A stretch of DNA of 64,000 nt from Abditibacteriaceae bacterium (GCA_965277285.1 OZ255721.1:2912001-2976000), one strand, 5' to 3'. Positions 37,224 to 48,222 are shown, counted from the stretch's first letter. Numbers and translations are program-made. The notes: generated by a model from the sequence alone, not told the origin.

Positions 37224-38798
37224 TCAGGAGACGACCGCTTGCGCCATCAATTCTTGTTCGTGCGCGGCTTCTTCGTTGGTTTTGACGCCATTGAGGGAAA
37301 GGATGGTGCGATTTTCGCGGCCCGTATCGCGGTCGCGCGCCACGACGACGACGCGCCCGTTTTCGTCACAGCGAAACTCGACATCGATGCGCACGCGGCC
37401 TTTGGGACGTGGCGGGTTGACGCTCAAATTGAAAAATCCGACCGGCTCTTTATACGATTCCATTTCCGTGCTGTCACCTTCGTAGATGCGCACCTGCACG
37501 GCGTCCTGATCGTCCATGATCGTCGTAAAGCCCTGGCGTTCGCGGCGCACCGGAAGCGGCGACAGCGCGGGCACTATCGCTTCGATGCTGGTGCGACCTT
37601 TTCCAACTATCGCCACGCCAAGCGCGTGCGGAAGAGCGTGAACGATTTGCACATCGTGTGGCACGCCCGCGATTTTACCAGCGCAAATCAAAGCCGCCTG
37701 CAACGCCGCGCCTTTGGCCACGCACTCGTCCGGCTCATACAATAAAGGATCGCGTCCCGTCAGGCGAATCAGCATGGCGCGCACCATCGGCATCTGCGCG
37801 CTGCCACCGACGCATAACAGCTCTTCGATATCGTCCCACGCCAGGCCGGAGTTTTGGAGTACGGCTTCGAGTACTCGTTGCGTTTCTTCCAATAAAGGAC
37901 GCGTCATTTCCTCGAAATCGTCGCGCGTCAAGTCGATGCGCAAGGGCGTAATTTTTTCCTGACCGTCGTCCCACTGCTTCACTTTGATGGTGACTGTCGT
38001 CAAAGGGCGCGACGAAAGCGTGCGCTTGGCGGCTTCGGCTTTCATGCGCAGTTCGGCTTCCAGCATTTCGTCCCACTCGACGCCTTGCAACTGCTCGTTG
38101 ATGCGACCTTCCAAATGGTTCATCAAAACATCGTCGAAGTCTTTGCCACCCAACTGCGTGTTGCCGCCGACCGCCACCACATCGTAAACCTCGTCCGAAA
38201 CCGCCAAAACTGTGACATCAAAGGTTCCGCCACCCAAATCATAAACCAGGATATTGCGCTTTCTGCCGCGCTTGCTCATGCCATAAGCGAGCGCTGCCGC
38301 CGTCGGCTCGTTGATGATGCGCAGCACGTTCAAGCCAGCCAGTTGTCCCGCTTCATAGGTCGCGTGGCGCTGCGCTTCGGTGAAATACGCCGGAACTGTG
38401 ATGACCGCTGCGGTGACAGGCTCGCCCAAAAAGTCTTGCGCTTCTTGCACGGCTTTGCGCAAAATCAGCGAAGAAATGAACTCGGGCGTGTAGCTTTCGC
38501 CCAAAATATGGATGCGATGATCCTTGACGCCCATGAAGCGCTTGACGAACTGCACCACGCGATCAGGATCGGTGAGCGTGCTTTGAATCGCCACTTTGCC
38601 AACCACGTAATTTGGAGGATCGAAAAAAACGGCGGACGGCAACGTGGTTTGCCCGTCGCTATTTTTCAAGACGACTGGCTTGCCATATTCATCCACACAC
38701 GCAACCGCCGTGTACGTTGTGCCCAAATCAATGCCGACAGCGACTCCGGCGATGGGTTCGTCCGATGCTCCGTCTTCCAACCTTGGGTCCTGGCTCAA
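37224..38798 (-). CDS. Hsp70 family protein (DnaK-like, lacks the C-terminal lid)
   Basis: GIDLGTT, TVPAYF, RIINEPTAAALAYG, DLGGGTFD. Only 524 aa. Confidence 0.9.
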   Translation of the reverse strand: MSQDPRLEDGASDEPIAGVAVGIDLGTTYTAVACVDEYGKPVVLKNSDGQTTLPSAVFFDPPNYVVGKVAIQSTLTDPDRVVQFVKRFMGVKDHRIHILGESYTPEFISSLILRKAVQEAQDFLGEPVTAAVITVPAYFTEAQRHATYEAGQLAGLNVLRIINEPTAAALAYGMSKRGRKRNILVYDLGGGTFDVTVLAVSDEVYDVVAVGGNTQLGGKDFDDVLMNHLEGRINEQLQGVEWDEMLEAELRMKAEAAKRTLSSRPLTTVTIKVKQWDDGQEKITPLRIDLTRDDFEEMTRPLLEETQRVLEAVLQNSGLAWDDIEELLCVGGSAQMPMVRAMLIRLTGRDPLLYEPDECVAKGAALQAALICAGKIAGVPHDVQIVHALPHALGVAIVGKGRTSIEAIVPALSPLPVRRERQGFTTIMDDQDAVQVRIYEGDSTEMESYKEPVGFFNLSVNPPRPKGRVRIDVEFRCDENGRVVVVARDRDTGRENRTILSLNGVKTNEEAAHEQELMAQAVVS

Positions 38799-39005
38799 AA
38801 CAGTACCTCACACGCTTGTTTCTTGACGACATTTGTTTCTTGGCATTGACGAAGCGACTTGACATATCCATTCTGACTGTTTTTTGCGTTCAACACAAAT
38901 CGGAAGAAAATGGACTGTGGCACATTTCTCAATGCTTCTCAGCGCCCTATCGAGTACTCGATATCGTGTTCGCATCGCACCTTCGCTTCATTCCAAATGC
39001 AAAGT

Positions 39006-39043
39006 AGAACAGCGAACGAGTAAACGTTCTCGTTCGCTGTTCT
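39006..39043 (-). terminator. terminator hairpin downstream of typA
   Basis: agaacagcgaacgag / ctcgttcgctgttct. Confidence 0.65.
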
Positions 39044-39107
39044 GAGTTGTGCTGTCGTTGTTGCACGACATTGGCCGATGAGTTTGGAATGGCAAGTGGG
39101 CGAAGAA

Positions 39108-40943
39108 TTACTTGCCGCGTTTTCCGGCTTCGAGAACTTTTTTGCGCATACGAATCGATTGCGGTGTGGCTTCGACCAGTTCGTCGTCGTTGATCCAGTC
39201 GAGCGCCTGCTCCAGGCTCATCGCGCGCGGCGGAATGATTTTGGTCGCAATATCCGACGTGGAAGAGCGAATGTTGGTCAGGTGCTTTTCCTTGCAGATG
39301 TTGATGTTCATGTCGCTTTCGCGCGCGTTTTCGCCGACGATCATGCCTTCGTAAACGTGCGTCGTCGGCTCGACGAAAATCGTGCCGCGCTCCTGCAAAT
39401 TGCCCATCGCATACGGCGTCGTCGGGCCGCCTCTATCCGCCACCAGTGCGCCATTTTGACGCTGCGAAATCGTGCCCATCCACGGCGCGTAACGCGAAAA
39501 CAAGGTGTTAATCAAACCCATGCCTTTGGTTTCGGTCAGGAACTCATTACGAAAACCGATCAGGCCGCGGCTGGGAACCTGGAACTCAAGGCGCACGCGA
39601 CCGCCGCCGTGATTGGTCATCTTGGTCATGGTGCCTTTGCGACGACCCAAAGCTTCGGTCACAACACCGATGAAAATGTCCGGCACGTCGATGAAGACTT
39701 GTTCGATTGGCTCCATCGTGACGCCGTCTTCTTCTTTGGTGATGACTTGCGGCTTGGAAATCTGCAACTCATAACCTTCGCGCCGCATCGTTTCGATGAT
39801 GATGGCGAGCTGCAATTCGCCGCGTCCCGCGACCTTAAACACATCGGGATCTTCGGTTTGTTCGACGCGAATCGACACGTTGCCCAGAGTTTCTTTGGCC
39901 AAACGGTCACGCACATGGCGACTGGTGACGAACTTGCCTTCGCGTCCGGCGAACGGGCTGGTGTTGGGCGAAAAGTTCATCACAATCGTCGGTTCATCGA
40001 CCACAATCGGCGGCAAGGCTTGCGGATTTTCGCCATCGGCAATCGTTTCGCCGATGTTGATGCCTTCGACGCCAGCCAAAGCCACAATATCGCCGGCTTT
40101 GGCGCTTTCAATCGGCTCGCGCTTCAAGCCTTCAAAACCGAACAACTGCGTTACGCGAAACGGCTGCGTTGTGCCGTCGAGTTTGCAAATCGCGGCGTCC
40201 TGGCCTTGCTTGATTTCGCCGTTGACGATGCGACCGATCGCCAAACGCCCGACGTAATCGTTGTAGTCGATGTTGGTGACGAGAACTTGCAAAGGCGCAT
40301 CGACATTGGCGCGCGGCGGCGGAACCGTTTCTATAATCGTATCAAACAACGGCATCAAATCGGTCGATTCATCGGTCAGGCTGAGTTTGGCGATGCCGTC
40401 GCGCCCGACCGCATAAACAACCGGAAAGTCGAGTTGATCTTCCTGCGCGTCCAAGTCGATGAACAATCCGTAAACTTCATCGAGTACAGCATCGGGACGC
40501 GCGTCCTGGCGGTCAATTTTGTTGACGACGACAATCGGCGTCAGCTTGGCTTCGAGAGCTTTGCCCAACACGAAGCGCGTTTGCGGCAGCACGCCTTCGG
40601 CGGCGTCGACGAGGAGCAGAATGCCGTCGGCCATTTTGAGGACGCGTTCGACTTCGCCACCGAAATCGCTGTGGCCGGGCGTATCGATGATGTTGATCTT
40701 GATTTCGGTTCCGTCGGGGCGTTGCAGGCGAAGCGCGGCGTTTTTCGCCATGATGGTGATGCCGCGTTCGCGCTCCAAATCCATCGAGTCCATCACGCGG
40801 TCGCGCACTTCCTGATTGGCGCGAAAGGTGTGCGCCTGCGACAACATGGCGTCTACTAAGGTCGTTTTTCCGTGGTCGACGTGCGCGACAATGGCGAGAT
40901 TGCGGATGTCTTCGCGCGTGGGTAAATTTTTGTTCTGATTCAT
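39108..40943 (-). CDS. typA: translational GTPase TypA/BipA
   Basis: [44 protein letters not shown]. Confidence 0.97.
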   Translation of the reverse strand: MNQNKNLPTREDIRNLAIVAHVDHGKTTLVDAMLSQAHTFRANQEVRDRVMDSMDLERERGITIMAKNAALRLQRPDGTEIKINIIDTPGHSDFGGEVERVLKMADGILLLVDAAEGVLPQTRFVLGKALEAKLTPIVVVNKIDRQDARPDAVLDEVYGLFIDLDAQEDQLDFPVVYAVGRDGIAKLSLTDESTDLMPLFDTIIETVPPPRANVDAPLQVLVTNIDYNDYVGRLAIGRIVNGEIKQGQDAAICKLDGTTQPFRVTQLFGFEGLKREPIESAKAGDIVALAGVEGINIGETIADGENPQALPPIVVDEPTIVMNFSPNTSPFAGREGKFVTSRHVRDRLAKETLGNVSIRVEQTEDPDVFKVAGRGELQLAIIIETMRREGYELQISKPQVITKEEDGVTMEPIEQVFIDVPDIFIGVVTEALGRRKGTMTKMTNHGGGRVRLEFQVPSRGLIGFRNEFLTETKGMGLINTLFSRYAPWMGTISQRQNGALVADRGGPTTPYAMGNLQERGTIFVEPTTHVYEGMIVGENARESDMNINICKEKHLTNIRSSTSDIATKIIPPRAMSLEQALDWINDDELVEATPQSIRMRKKVLEAGKRGK

Positions 40944-41039
40944 AAGCCCTTGCAGTATAACAAGAGTGCGCGCTTCGTTCGTTTAAGAGAATATGGAATG
41001 CCAATCGAGTACTCGATACCGGTTTGAAATAGGAAGCCC

Positions 41040-41492
41040 ATGAACCCGAACTTTCCATCACAACTTCCGCTGTCGCTTCCCGAGAACGATTCGTTTCTCC
41101 AAATTGATCTGGAAGCGTTTCCTCTCATTGAAGATTTTTCAGTTGTCCCAGTCGATCTCTTCTCTGAAAAGCCGCGAGATCGAAAAGGTTTTTTCTTTCA
41201 CAGAGCCGAATTTTGCAGTGATGAATATGGCACCTTAGCATATTACGATTTTGGTCGGGCATTGCAACACTTAGGACACGAAGGCGTGCCTTGTGGAACT
41301 TTGGAGAAACCTTGGTTCCAATTTGAATTGGCCTGGCAAATCGAGATTGCTGAGGGAAACAGTTTTGTTTACGTTTGTCAGGGCGATAACAACAAAAGTT
41401 CAACGGAATACACAATCTGGTTTCGTGTGCCAAGTCAGGATTACTGGAATGCGTGGAGCGATTGGTTGGCCGAAGTCGAATCCTTGCAATGA
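41040..41492 (+). CDS. hypothetical protein (immunity-like orphan)
   Basis: 150-aa acidic, aromatic, AT-richer ORF. Confidence 0.6.
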   Translation: MNPNFPSQLPLSLPENDSFLQIDLEAFPLIEDFSVVPVDLFSEKPRDRKGFFFHRAEFCSDEYGTLAYYDFGRALQHLGHEGVPCGTLEKPWFQFELAWQIEIAEGNSFVYVCQGDNNKSSTEYTIWFRVPSQDYWNAWSDWLAEVESLQ

Positions 41493-41552
41493 CGCAACTT
41501 CGAGTACTCGAAATCGTATATTGCCCGCCGTTGGGACGGTTTGTAGCCAGTT

Positions 41553-44500
41553 TTAGCGAAAAGCGAGGTTGCCGTTGGAAAGCAGCGCGTAGACCGAATC
41601 GGCGGCGAGAGGACGCGAGAACAAATAGCCTTGCAGCAAGTTGCAGTCGAGGGCTTGCAATTGTGCGAGTTGCGCTTCGGTTTCGACACCTTCGGCGACG
41701 ACTTTGAGGTGCAGCGTGCGCGCCAGGGAAATGATGGCGCGCACGATTTCAATGGCTTCGCTTTGCGCGCCCAGATTGCTGATGAACGAACGGTCAATTT
41801 TCAGCGTATCGACTGGAAAGCGGCGCAGATACGACAGGCTGGAATAACCGGTTCCAAAGTCGTCAATCGCCAGGCGGACGCCCAATTCCTTCAAGTCGCG
41901 CAAGGTCGTAATGGTTTTTTCGGCTTCGTCCATGATCACGCTTTCGGTAATTTCGAGCGTGATGCGATTGGCCTCGATGCCGACGGTTTCGAGTACTCGA
42001 TTTAACTGCGCGCCCAAATCGGGACGTCGGAATTCGCGCGCCGAAAGGTTCACGTTCATGTGCAGGCCAGCGCCGAAATCGCGCTCGTTTTTGGTGGCGA
42101 CCGCAGGTGGCACAAAACCCTGCCAGGTGCGCATCTGGCGGCACGCTTCCTCGATTGTCCACTGGCCGATTTCTAAAATCAAACCAGTTTCCTCGGCGAT
42201 GTTCAAAAACGCATCTGGCGACAACAATCCCAAACGCGGATGTTCCCAGCGCAAAAGCGCCTCGAAACCGGCCAGTATGCCCGAATCGGCGCGCACAATT
42301 GGCTGATAATGCAAGCGCAGTTCGTGGCGCTTGAGCGCCTGGCGCAAGTCGGTTTCCATGCGCAAGCGTTCCAGCGCGCGCGCGTTCATTTCGGGATCGA
42401 AAATTTGATATTGCGCGCGGCCTTTGCCCTTGGCGCGATACATGGCGACATCGGCGTCGCGCAAATGCGCATCGGCAGAAAACGCCGCGTCGCGCAAAGA
42501 TCGAGTACTCGATTGATGGACTTGTCGCGCAGAAGCTGCGTCGTTGGAAGCCGCGTCGTTGGAAGCTGCGTCGTTGGAAGCTGCGTCCGCACTGGTTTTG
42601 GCAGCGACTTCGTTGTGAGCGCTTTCGTTGTGAGCGCCTTCGAGTTCACCATCGGCGTTTTCGCGCAGCGTGGTTTTGATGCCGATGCTGGTCGTCACGA
42701 AAATTTCGTGTCCGCTGAGTTGAAACGGCGTACGCAGTTCGTTGGCGATGCGTTCCGCGCAGAGAATGGCCTCGTATGTGTGATGAATGTCTTCGAGCAA
42801 AATTACGAATTCGTCACCGCCCAGGCGCGCGGCGATGTCAACAGTGCGCAGGCAAGAAGTCAGTCTTTTGGCGACGGATTTCAGCAATTGATCGCCGACT
42901 TCGTGCCCCAGGCTATCGTTGACCACTTTGAAGCGATCCAGGTCGAGAAACAAAATCGCGCTTTGCTGCGGTGCCTCGCTTCGTTCGGCGCGTTCGAGAA
43001 CGTGCTGCAAGCGACTCATAAACAGCGTGCGGTTGGGGAGTCCGGTGAGCGCGTCGTGAAATGCCTGATATTGCAATTCCTGCTCGATTTCGGTTCGCTC
43101 GGTGATGTCTTCGAGAGCGCCCACGAGGGCGACGGTTTTTCCATCGCGCACGACCGGCGCTTCATTGACTTCGACCCACAGGCGGCGCCCGTCGCGCGCT
43201 TGCAATTCCATTGGATACGATTCCTGGCGTTCGCCGCTTTCTATAGCGCGCGCGGCGATTTCTTGGCCGACGCGGTTCAGCGGCTCGTCGGTCACGAATT
43301 CTGTCCATTGCAGCGGCGTTTGATACGATTCGCAGCCCAGAAAAGTGCGCGATTGCGGACTGACATAAGTGAGAATGCCTTCGGGCGTGCGCGAATAAAA
43401 CAAGTTGGTCGAATGTTCCACGATGTCGCGCAGGCGATTTTCGCTGGTGCGCAAGGCGGCTTCAGCCAGTTTCAAATCGGTGATGTCAACGTCGGTGCCT
43501 TCGTAGCCAACAACTTCTTCGTTTTCGTTGCGCAACACGCGTGCATTGCGCGAAACCCAGATAATTTCACCATCGGCGCGGCGCACCGCGGTTTCAAAGC
43601 GCGCCACGTAACCGTCGCGCTGCATCAAGTACTGGAAAACGTCCCGATCCTTGGGATCGACGTAAACCTGTTCCGCAATGTCGGTGATTTTCGCTATCAT
43701 TTCGGTGGGCGACGAATAGCCGTACAGCTTGGCCAGCATTGGGTTGGCCGTGACATAGCGACCTTCGGGCGTCGATTGAAAAATGCCTTCGATAGCGTTT
43801 TCAAAAATGCTGCGGTATTTCTTTTCGGCTTCTTCAAGAGCGGCTTCGGCGCGGTGCTGTTCGGTGACATCGGTTGCCACTCCAATGGCTCCAACAACGG
43901 CACCGTTAGCATTCAATTGTGGTGCATAACTGGTTTGGAAAACAAAACCTTTCACATGCACCTGAGCTTTGAAGCTTTCGCCCTGCAAAGCACGGCGCAA
44001 ATGCGCCAACAATTCCGGCGCGTGATCGTAGCGCTCCCAAATGGAAAGACCAATCGCTTCACCAGGCCGGACGGCCAATACTTCGAGACCTTTGCCGTCG
44101 GTAAAAGTGAAAAGCCCGTTGCAATCAATCGCAAAAACGATGATGGGCGCATTGGAAAACACGGTTTTTCGTCGCTGCTCACTTTCACGCAGTTGCGCTT
44201 CCGATTGGCGTAACTCATTTTCCGCATCCTGACGTTCGAGCTCAAGCCCGGCGCGCGTCGTGAAAATCTCGAAAACCGCTTCCATCCGCTCGCTTATGGG
44301 CAGCGGTTTATCGTGCAAAATGCACAAGTGTCCGCAAAGGGAGCCGTCGCTGCGCATCAAAGGCGCGCCGTAGTAGCTGACTGCTGCCATTTTCTTAAGA
44401 TTGACGGCGCGCGGAAACTGCTCTTGCACGCCCTGAGCGATATGAAGGGCGCACTGGTCGCGCGCGGCAGCACCGCACGGTGTGTCCTCACACGAGTACT

Positions 44501-45713
44501 CGAAGTTGGGACGCCGCGCGCCATCCGACCAGAACGCCAGCGTTTCAAACTTTCCCTCAGTAGCGGTTGGGGTTTCGTTTTCTCGTCCGTCGTCTTTGTA
44601 GTAGCGCGTCACCATTGCGTGCCGCACGTCGAGGGCTTCGCATAAATGCTGCACCAGAGCCTGGAAAAACGCTTGTCCCGTCACGCCCGCGGTGCCTGCC
44701 ACGAGATTTTTGAGCGCGCGGTCGTTGTGGCGCTGCGCTGTTACATCGTGAACGAAATCCAGCCGCGCGCGCCGCCCATTGAAGGCGATGTCGCGCGCCG
44801 TAATGCTGACTTCCAGCGGCGTGCCGTTTTTGTGACTGTGACGCCACACGCCCGTCCAATGCGCCGCTTGTCCGCCCGGTGCCAGCGCCTTGAGTAGTGC
44901 GGGAATGTCTTCTGCAGGATGCAATTGCACAATCGTCATAGACGCGAATTCTTCGCGCGTGTAACCGTAGCGTGACAAAGCCGCGCGATTGACGACCAGA
45001 AAACGCAAGGTGTGGAAGTCGTAAACCCACATCGGTTGAGGATGCAAATCGAAGACATTGCTGCGAAAATCCTGTGCGTTGCTAAAAACGCTCGAAGCCT
45101 GCGAAAACGGAGTGCGACCCTCGTTGTCGCGTGGAAAAACGGTGGTCTGATTTCCGGCATACTCAGCGGCTCCGCTGGCAAAGGCCACGCCCGCTGCGAA
45201 AGCTGCGCCTTCGGCAAACGCAATTCCAGCTGCAAAAGCCGCGTCGCCGATCATCTGCCTTTCGCTCCAGCCTTCGCCCAACTCGCCACTGAGTTCTCCC
45301 CCAAACGCACTACCGAATTCGAGTACTCGATTGTCGCTGGAAGCATCGCTGGACGCATCGCTGGACGAAGTAATCAGAGAAGTAAATGCTTGATTAGTAA
45401 AGGAGAAGTCTGGGGCGCTTTGGTCTTCAAAAGCGCTGCTTTGAAAAGCCACGCTGTCGCCGGACGCGTTGACCTCTGGAACCGTCGTTTGGTTGGCGGC
45501 AAGGTTGAGAGAACGTTCGGCCAGCGCCGGATGGTTTCTGCCGTTTTCTGCAGGTGCGACAGGCGCTGCAACTTCAGGCGCTGCAACTTCAGTCGCTGCA
45601 ACTTCAGGTATCGCTGCAGAATCGGCAGGGGAATTATCTGGGCGCGAAGATTCACCTTGCGGCGTCGCAATTCCGGTGGGCGATGAAGGCGTCGTTTTTT
45701 CGATTCGACTCAT
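41553..45713 (-). CDS. PAS/GAF diguanylate cyclase-phosphodiesterase (GGDEF-EAL)
   Basis: Several PAS domains, GAF, DALTGLPNR, ARLGGDEF, FEALLRW, DDFGTGYSSL. Confidence 0.93.
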   Translation of the reverse strand: MSRIEKTTPSSPTGIATPQGESSRPDNSPADSAAIPEVAATEVAAPEVAAPVAPAENGRNHPALAERSLNLAANQTTVPEVNASGDSVAFQSSAFEDQSAPDFSFTNQAFTSLITSSSDASSDASSDNRVLEFGSAFGGELSGELGEGWSERQMIGDAAFAAGIAFAEGAAFAAGVAFASGAAEYAGNQTTVFPRDNEGRTPFSQASSVFSNAQDFRSNVFDLHPQPMWVYDFHTLRFLVVNRAALSRYGYTREEFASMTIVQLHPAEDIPALLKALAPGGQAAHWTGVWRHSHKNGTPLEVSITARDIAFNGRRARLDFVHDVTAQRHNDRALKNLVAGTAGVTGQAFFQALVQHLCEALDVRHAMVTRYYKDDGRENETPTATEGKFETLAFWSDGARRPNFEYSCEDTPCGAAARDQCALHIAQGVQEQFPRAVNLKKMAAVSYYGAPLMRSDGSLCGHLCILHDKPLPISERMEAVFEIFTTRAGLELERQDAENELRQSEAQLRESEQRRKTVFSNAPIIVFAIDCNGLFTFTDGKGLEVLAVRPGEAIGLSIWERYDHAPELLAHLRRALQGESFKAQVHVKGFVFQTSYAPQLNANGAVVGAIGVATDVTEQHRAEAALEEAEKKYRSIFENAIEGIFQSTPEGRYVTANPMLAKLYGYSSPTEMIAKITDIAEQVYVDPKDRDVFQYLMQRDGYVARFETAVRRADGEIIWVSRNARVLRNENEEVVGYEGTDVDITDLKLAEAALRTSENRLRDIVEHSTNLFYSRTPEGILTYVSPQSRTFLGCESYQTPLQWTEFVTDEPLNRVGQEIAARAIESGERQESYPMELQARDGRRLWVEVNEAPVVRDGKTVALVGALEDITERTEIEQELQYQAFHDALTGLPNRTLFMSRLQHVLERAERSEAPQQSAILFLDLDRFKVVNDSLGHEVGDQLLKSVAKRLTSCLRTVDIAARLGGDEFVILLEDIHHTYEAILCAERIANELRTPFQLSGHEIFVTTSIGIKTTLRENADGELEGAHNESAHNEVAAKTSADAASNDAASNDAASNDAASARQVHQSSTRSLRDAAFSADAHLRDADVAMYRAKGKGRAQYQIFDPEMNARALERLRMETDLRQALKRHELRLHYQPIVRADSGILAGFEALLRWEHPRLGLLSPDAFLNIAEETGLILEIGQWTIEEACRQMRTWQGFVPPAVATKNERDFGAGLHMNVNLSAREFRRPDLGAQLNRVLETVGIEANRITLEITESVIMDEAEKTITTLRDLKELGVRLAIDDFGTGYSSLSYLRRFPVDTLKIDRSFISNLGAQSEAIEIVRAIISLARTLHLKVVAEGVETEAQLAQLQALDCNLLQGYLFSRPLAADSVYALLSNGNLAFR

Positions 45714-46308
45714 AAAAAACCTCACTCGCTGCACGACTGCAAGACGCAACCACGAAACGGCTGCCATCACGAAGATAACTGCTAAAAGGCCAAGACACTA
45801 AAAGTGCTGCAAAACGCCGTTACTCGTGTTATTACAGGAGTTGTTACAGAAGTAAACGCCGCCAGGAAAAAGCAACCAAACTGCTCATTGTGTCGAGCTA
45901 CAAGTCGTCTCATCAATGAATTACTACACCAAATGACCAATTTGTCATGATGCGTGTGTGCAGAGAAGAACGATTAAACTCGCAGTTTGTCATTCCGTGC
46001 GGCGTGGAGTACTCGCTTGAGTTCCCGTTCAACGTTGGGAATCCTTCACTCTGTCCAGAAGGCACCCGACAATATAACAGATGCCACAAATTACAATTTT
46101 TCTGCACTCTCGCAATACTCTCGCAACGCGACACGACGAGCGCAAGTCTATGTCAAGTTGGGACGCTTTGCACTTGGATTGCGCTACTTATGTCACCATC
46201 CAATAACGTTTCAAGTAACGATGCGAAGTGTCTTTTTAATCTGCTTTCGCAATGCGCTTTCGCGGCCATTTTTCAAGGTATGCAAAGGCACTGCTATAAT
46301 TTTCTTAC

Positions 46309-47850
46309 ATGACTTTTTCCGCTCCGTCCTTCAATACGTCGTCTTCTAACGCCCACGATCTCCCCTCTTTTTTATCGCTTCTCGAACGCCAAAATCAATT
46401 GAAGCGAATCTCGCATCCGGTTTCGGCGCATCTGGAAATCACCGAAATCGCCGACCGCGTTATCAAGCAAGCGGGACCAGCGCTGTTGTTCAATCGAGTA
46501 CTCGAAACGCCCGATGTTCCCGTCGCCATAGGGCTTTACGGCTCGCACGAGCGCATGGCCTTGGCGCTGCACGACACGCCGCAAAACATCGCCGCGCGCA
46601 TCGACGGACTAATCAAAACACAGCCGCCCGAAAGCTGGATGGGGAAAATCCAGACCGGCCTGAAATTGTTGCCGACGGTGCGCAGCTTGAACACCAAAAG
46701 CGTCAAAGACGGGCCATGCAAAGAAGTCATTTTCAAAGGCGACGACATCGACCTGACTCAACTACCGGTTTTGACGTGCTGGCCGCAGGACGGCGGGCCG
46801 TTCATCACGCTGCCGATGGTGTTTACGCACAATCCCAATACGGGACGGCGCAACGTCGGAATGTATCGCGTGCAGATTTACGACAAAAGCACGACGGGAA
46901 TGCACTGGCAAATTCACAAAGTCGGCGCGCAGCATTCGCGCGAAGCACAGGAAAAAGGTCAACGCATCGAAGCGGCCATTTGTCTGGGTGGCGATCCGTG
47001 TTTGCCGTTTTGCGCGATTGCGCCACTTCCCGAAGAAATCGACGAAATGATGTTCGCCGGTTTTCTGCGCGGCAAACCTGTCGAAACTGTGCGCTGCGAA
47101 ACGATTGATGTTCACGTTCCCGCCGATTGCGAATACGTCATCGAAGGCACGATCGACCCGAACGAAAGTCGCCCCGAAGGGCCTTTTGGCGATCATACCG
47201 GCTATTACACGCCGGTTGAAAATTATCCGGTTTTTCATGTGACGTGCATCACGCGCCGCAAAAAACCGATTTATCCGGCCACGATTGTCGGCATTCCGCC
47301 GATGGAAGACGCGTATTTAGGCGGCGCTGTCGGCACGATTTTCATGCCTTTGATTAAGACGCAAGTGCCGGAACTGGTCGATATGAACTTGCCGGTCGAA
47401 GCGTGTTTCCATAATCTGGCGATTGTCAGCATCAAGAAGCGCTATCCCAATCACGCTTACAAGGTGATGCACGCGTTGTGGGGCTTGGGACAGTTGATGT
47501 TCAGCAAAGTCATCATCGTGGTGGACGACGACGTGGATGTGCATAACATGAGCGAAGTCATCTGGCGCGTGACCAACAACATCGACCCGATGCGCGATGT
47601 GCAAATCGTCAAAGGTCCCGTCGATTCTTTGAATCACGCTGCGCCGCAAGCCGGTTTTGGCTCGAAAATGGGACTGGACGCAACGCGCAAATGGTCGAGT
47701 GAAGGTCACACCCGCGAATGGCCGGATGTCGTGAAAATGAACCGCGAAACCGCCGCTAAAGTGGACGCGATGTGGAGCCAATTAGGTTTGGGCGACCTGG
47801 TGCCCAGCCCCAGCGTGGACGGCCACATCGTCGCGCTACAACCGAAGTAA
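46309..47850 (+). CDS. UbiD family menaquinone-biosynthesis decarboxylase
   Basis: WPQDGGPFIT, RNVGMYR, EGPFGDHTGYY, KMGLDAT. Confidence 0.92.
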   Translation: MTFSAPSFNTSSSNAHDLPSFLSLLERQNQLKRISHPVSAHLEITEIADRVIKQAGPALLFNRVLETPDVPVAIGLYGSHERMALALHDTPQNIAARIDGLIKTQPPESWMGKIQTGLKLLPTVRSLNTKSVKDGPCKEVIFKGDDIDLTQLPVLTCWPQDGGPFITLPMVFTHNPNTGRRNVGMYRVQIYDKSTTGMHWQIHKVGAQHSREAQEKGQRIEAAICLGGDPCLPFCAIAPLPEEIDEMMFAGFLRGKPVETVRCETIDVHVPADCEYVIEGTIDPNESRPEGPFGDHTGYYTPVENYPVFHVTCITRRKKPIYPATIVGIPPMEDAYLGGAVGTIFMPLIKTQVPELVDMNLPVEACFHNLAIVSIKKRYPNHAYKVMHALWGLGQLMFSKVIIVVDDDVDVHNMSEVIWRVTNNIDPMRDVQIVKGPVDSLNHAAPQAGFGSKMGLDATRKWSSEGHTREWPDVVKMNRETAAKVDAMWSQLGLGDLVPSPSVDGHIVALQPK

Positions 47851-48222
47851 CGCAACCGTACGGGCGAGGCATACCTCGCCCGTACTTCTTGTCCAATCGA
47901 GTACTCGATATTATAGAAAGGTGTCTTTCCGAGCGCGAAAGGATGAATCACGCCGTCGCCCTTAATTCAAGTCACTTTGTCTTCACTTTCCGGTTCCTCA
48001 TCAAAACCATCCAATAACGCCTTGTCGCCCGCGAACGCCAAAGTGCAGTTGGCAAATCGCGCAGAGCGAGACTTTGAGGCTGAGTGCGGCGATGATAATC
48101 GTTGCTATGCTGTCATCGTGCCGCCGTTTTTCGCGCTCGAGAAGTGAGACAAACGTTCTTGCATCAGGTAAAAGCTAAACTGCGCCGGACGCACAAATTG
48201 TTTGCACAAGGAAATTAGCGCG

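Noticed and set aside
39078..40859. 593-aa plus-strand ORF, and similar long ORFs at 42240-44213 and 61924-62835
   Set aside because: Antisense shadows of typA, the GGDEF-EAL gene and the kinase, caused by GC-rich codon bias. They show no protein motifs.
45714..46308. ncRNA or small genes in the 600-bp divergent intergenic region
   Set aside because: The short ORFs look non-coding and no recognisable RNA family motif is seen. Probably promoters plus a degenerate palindrome at 46005.
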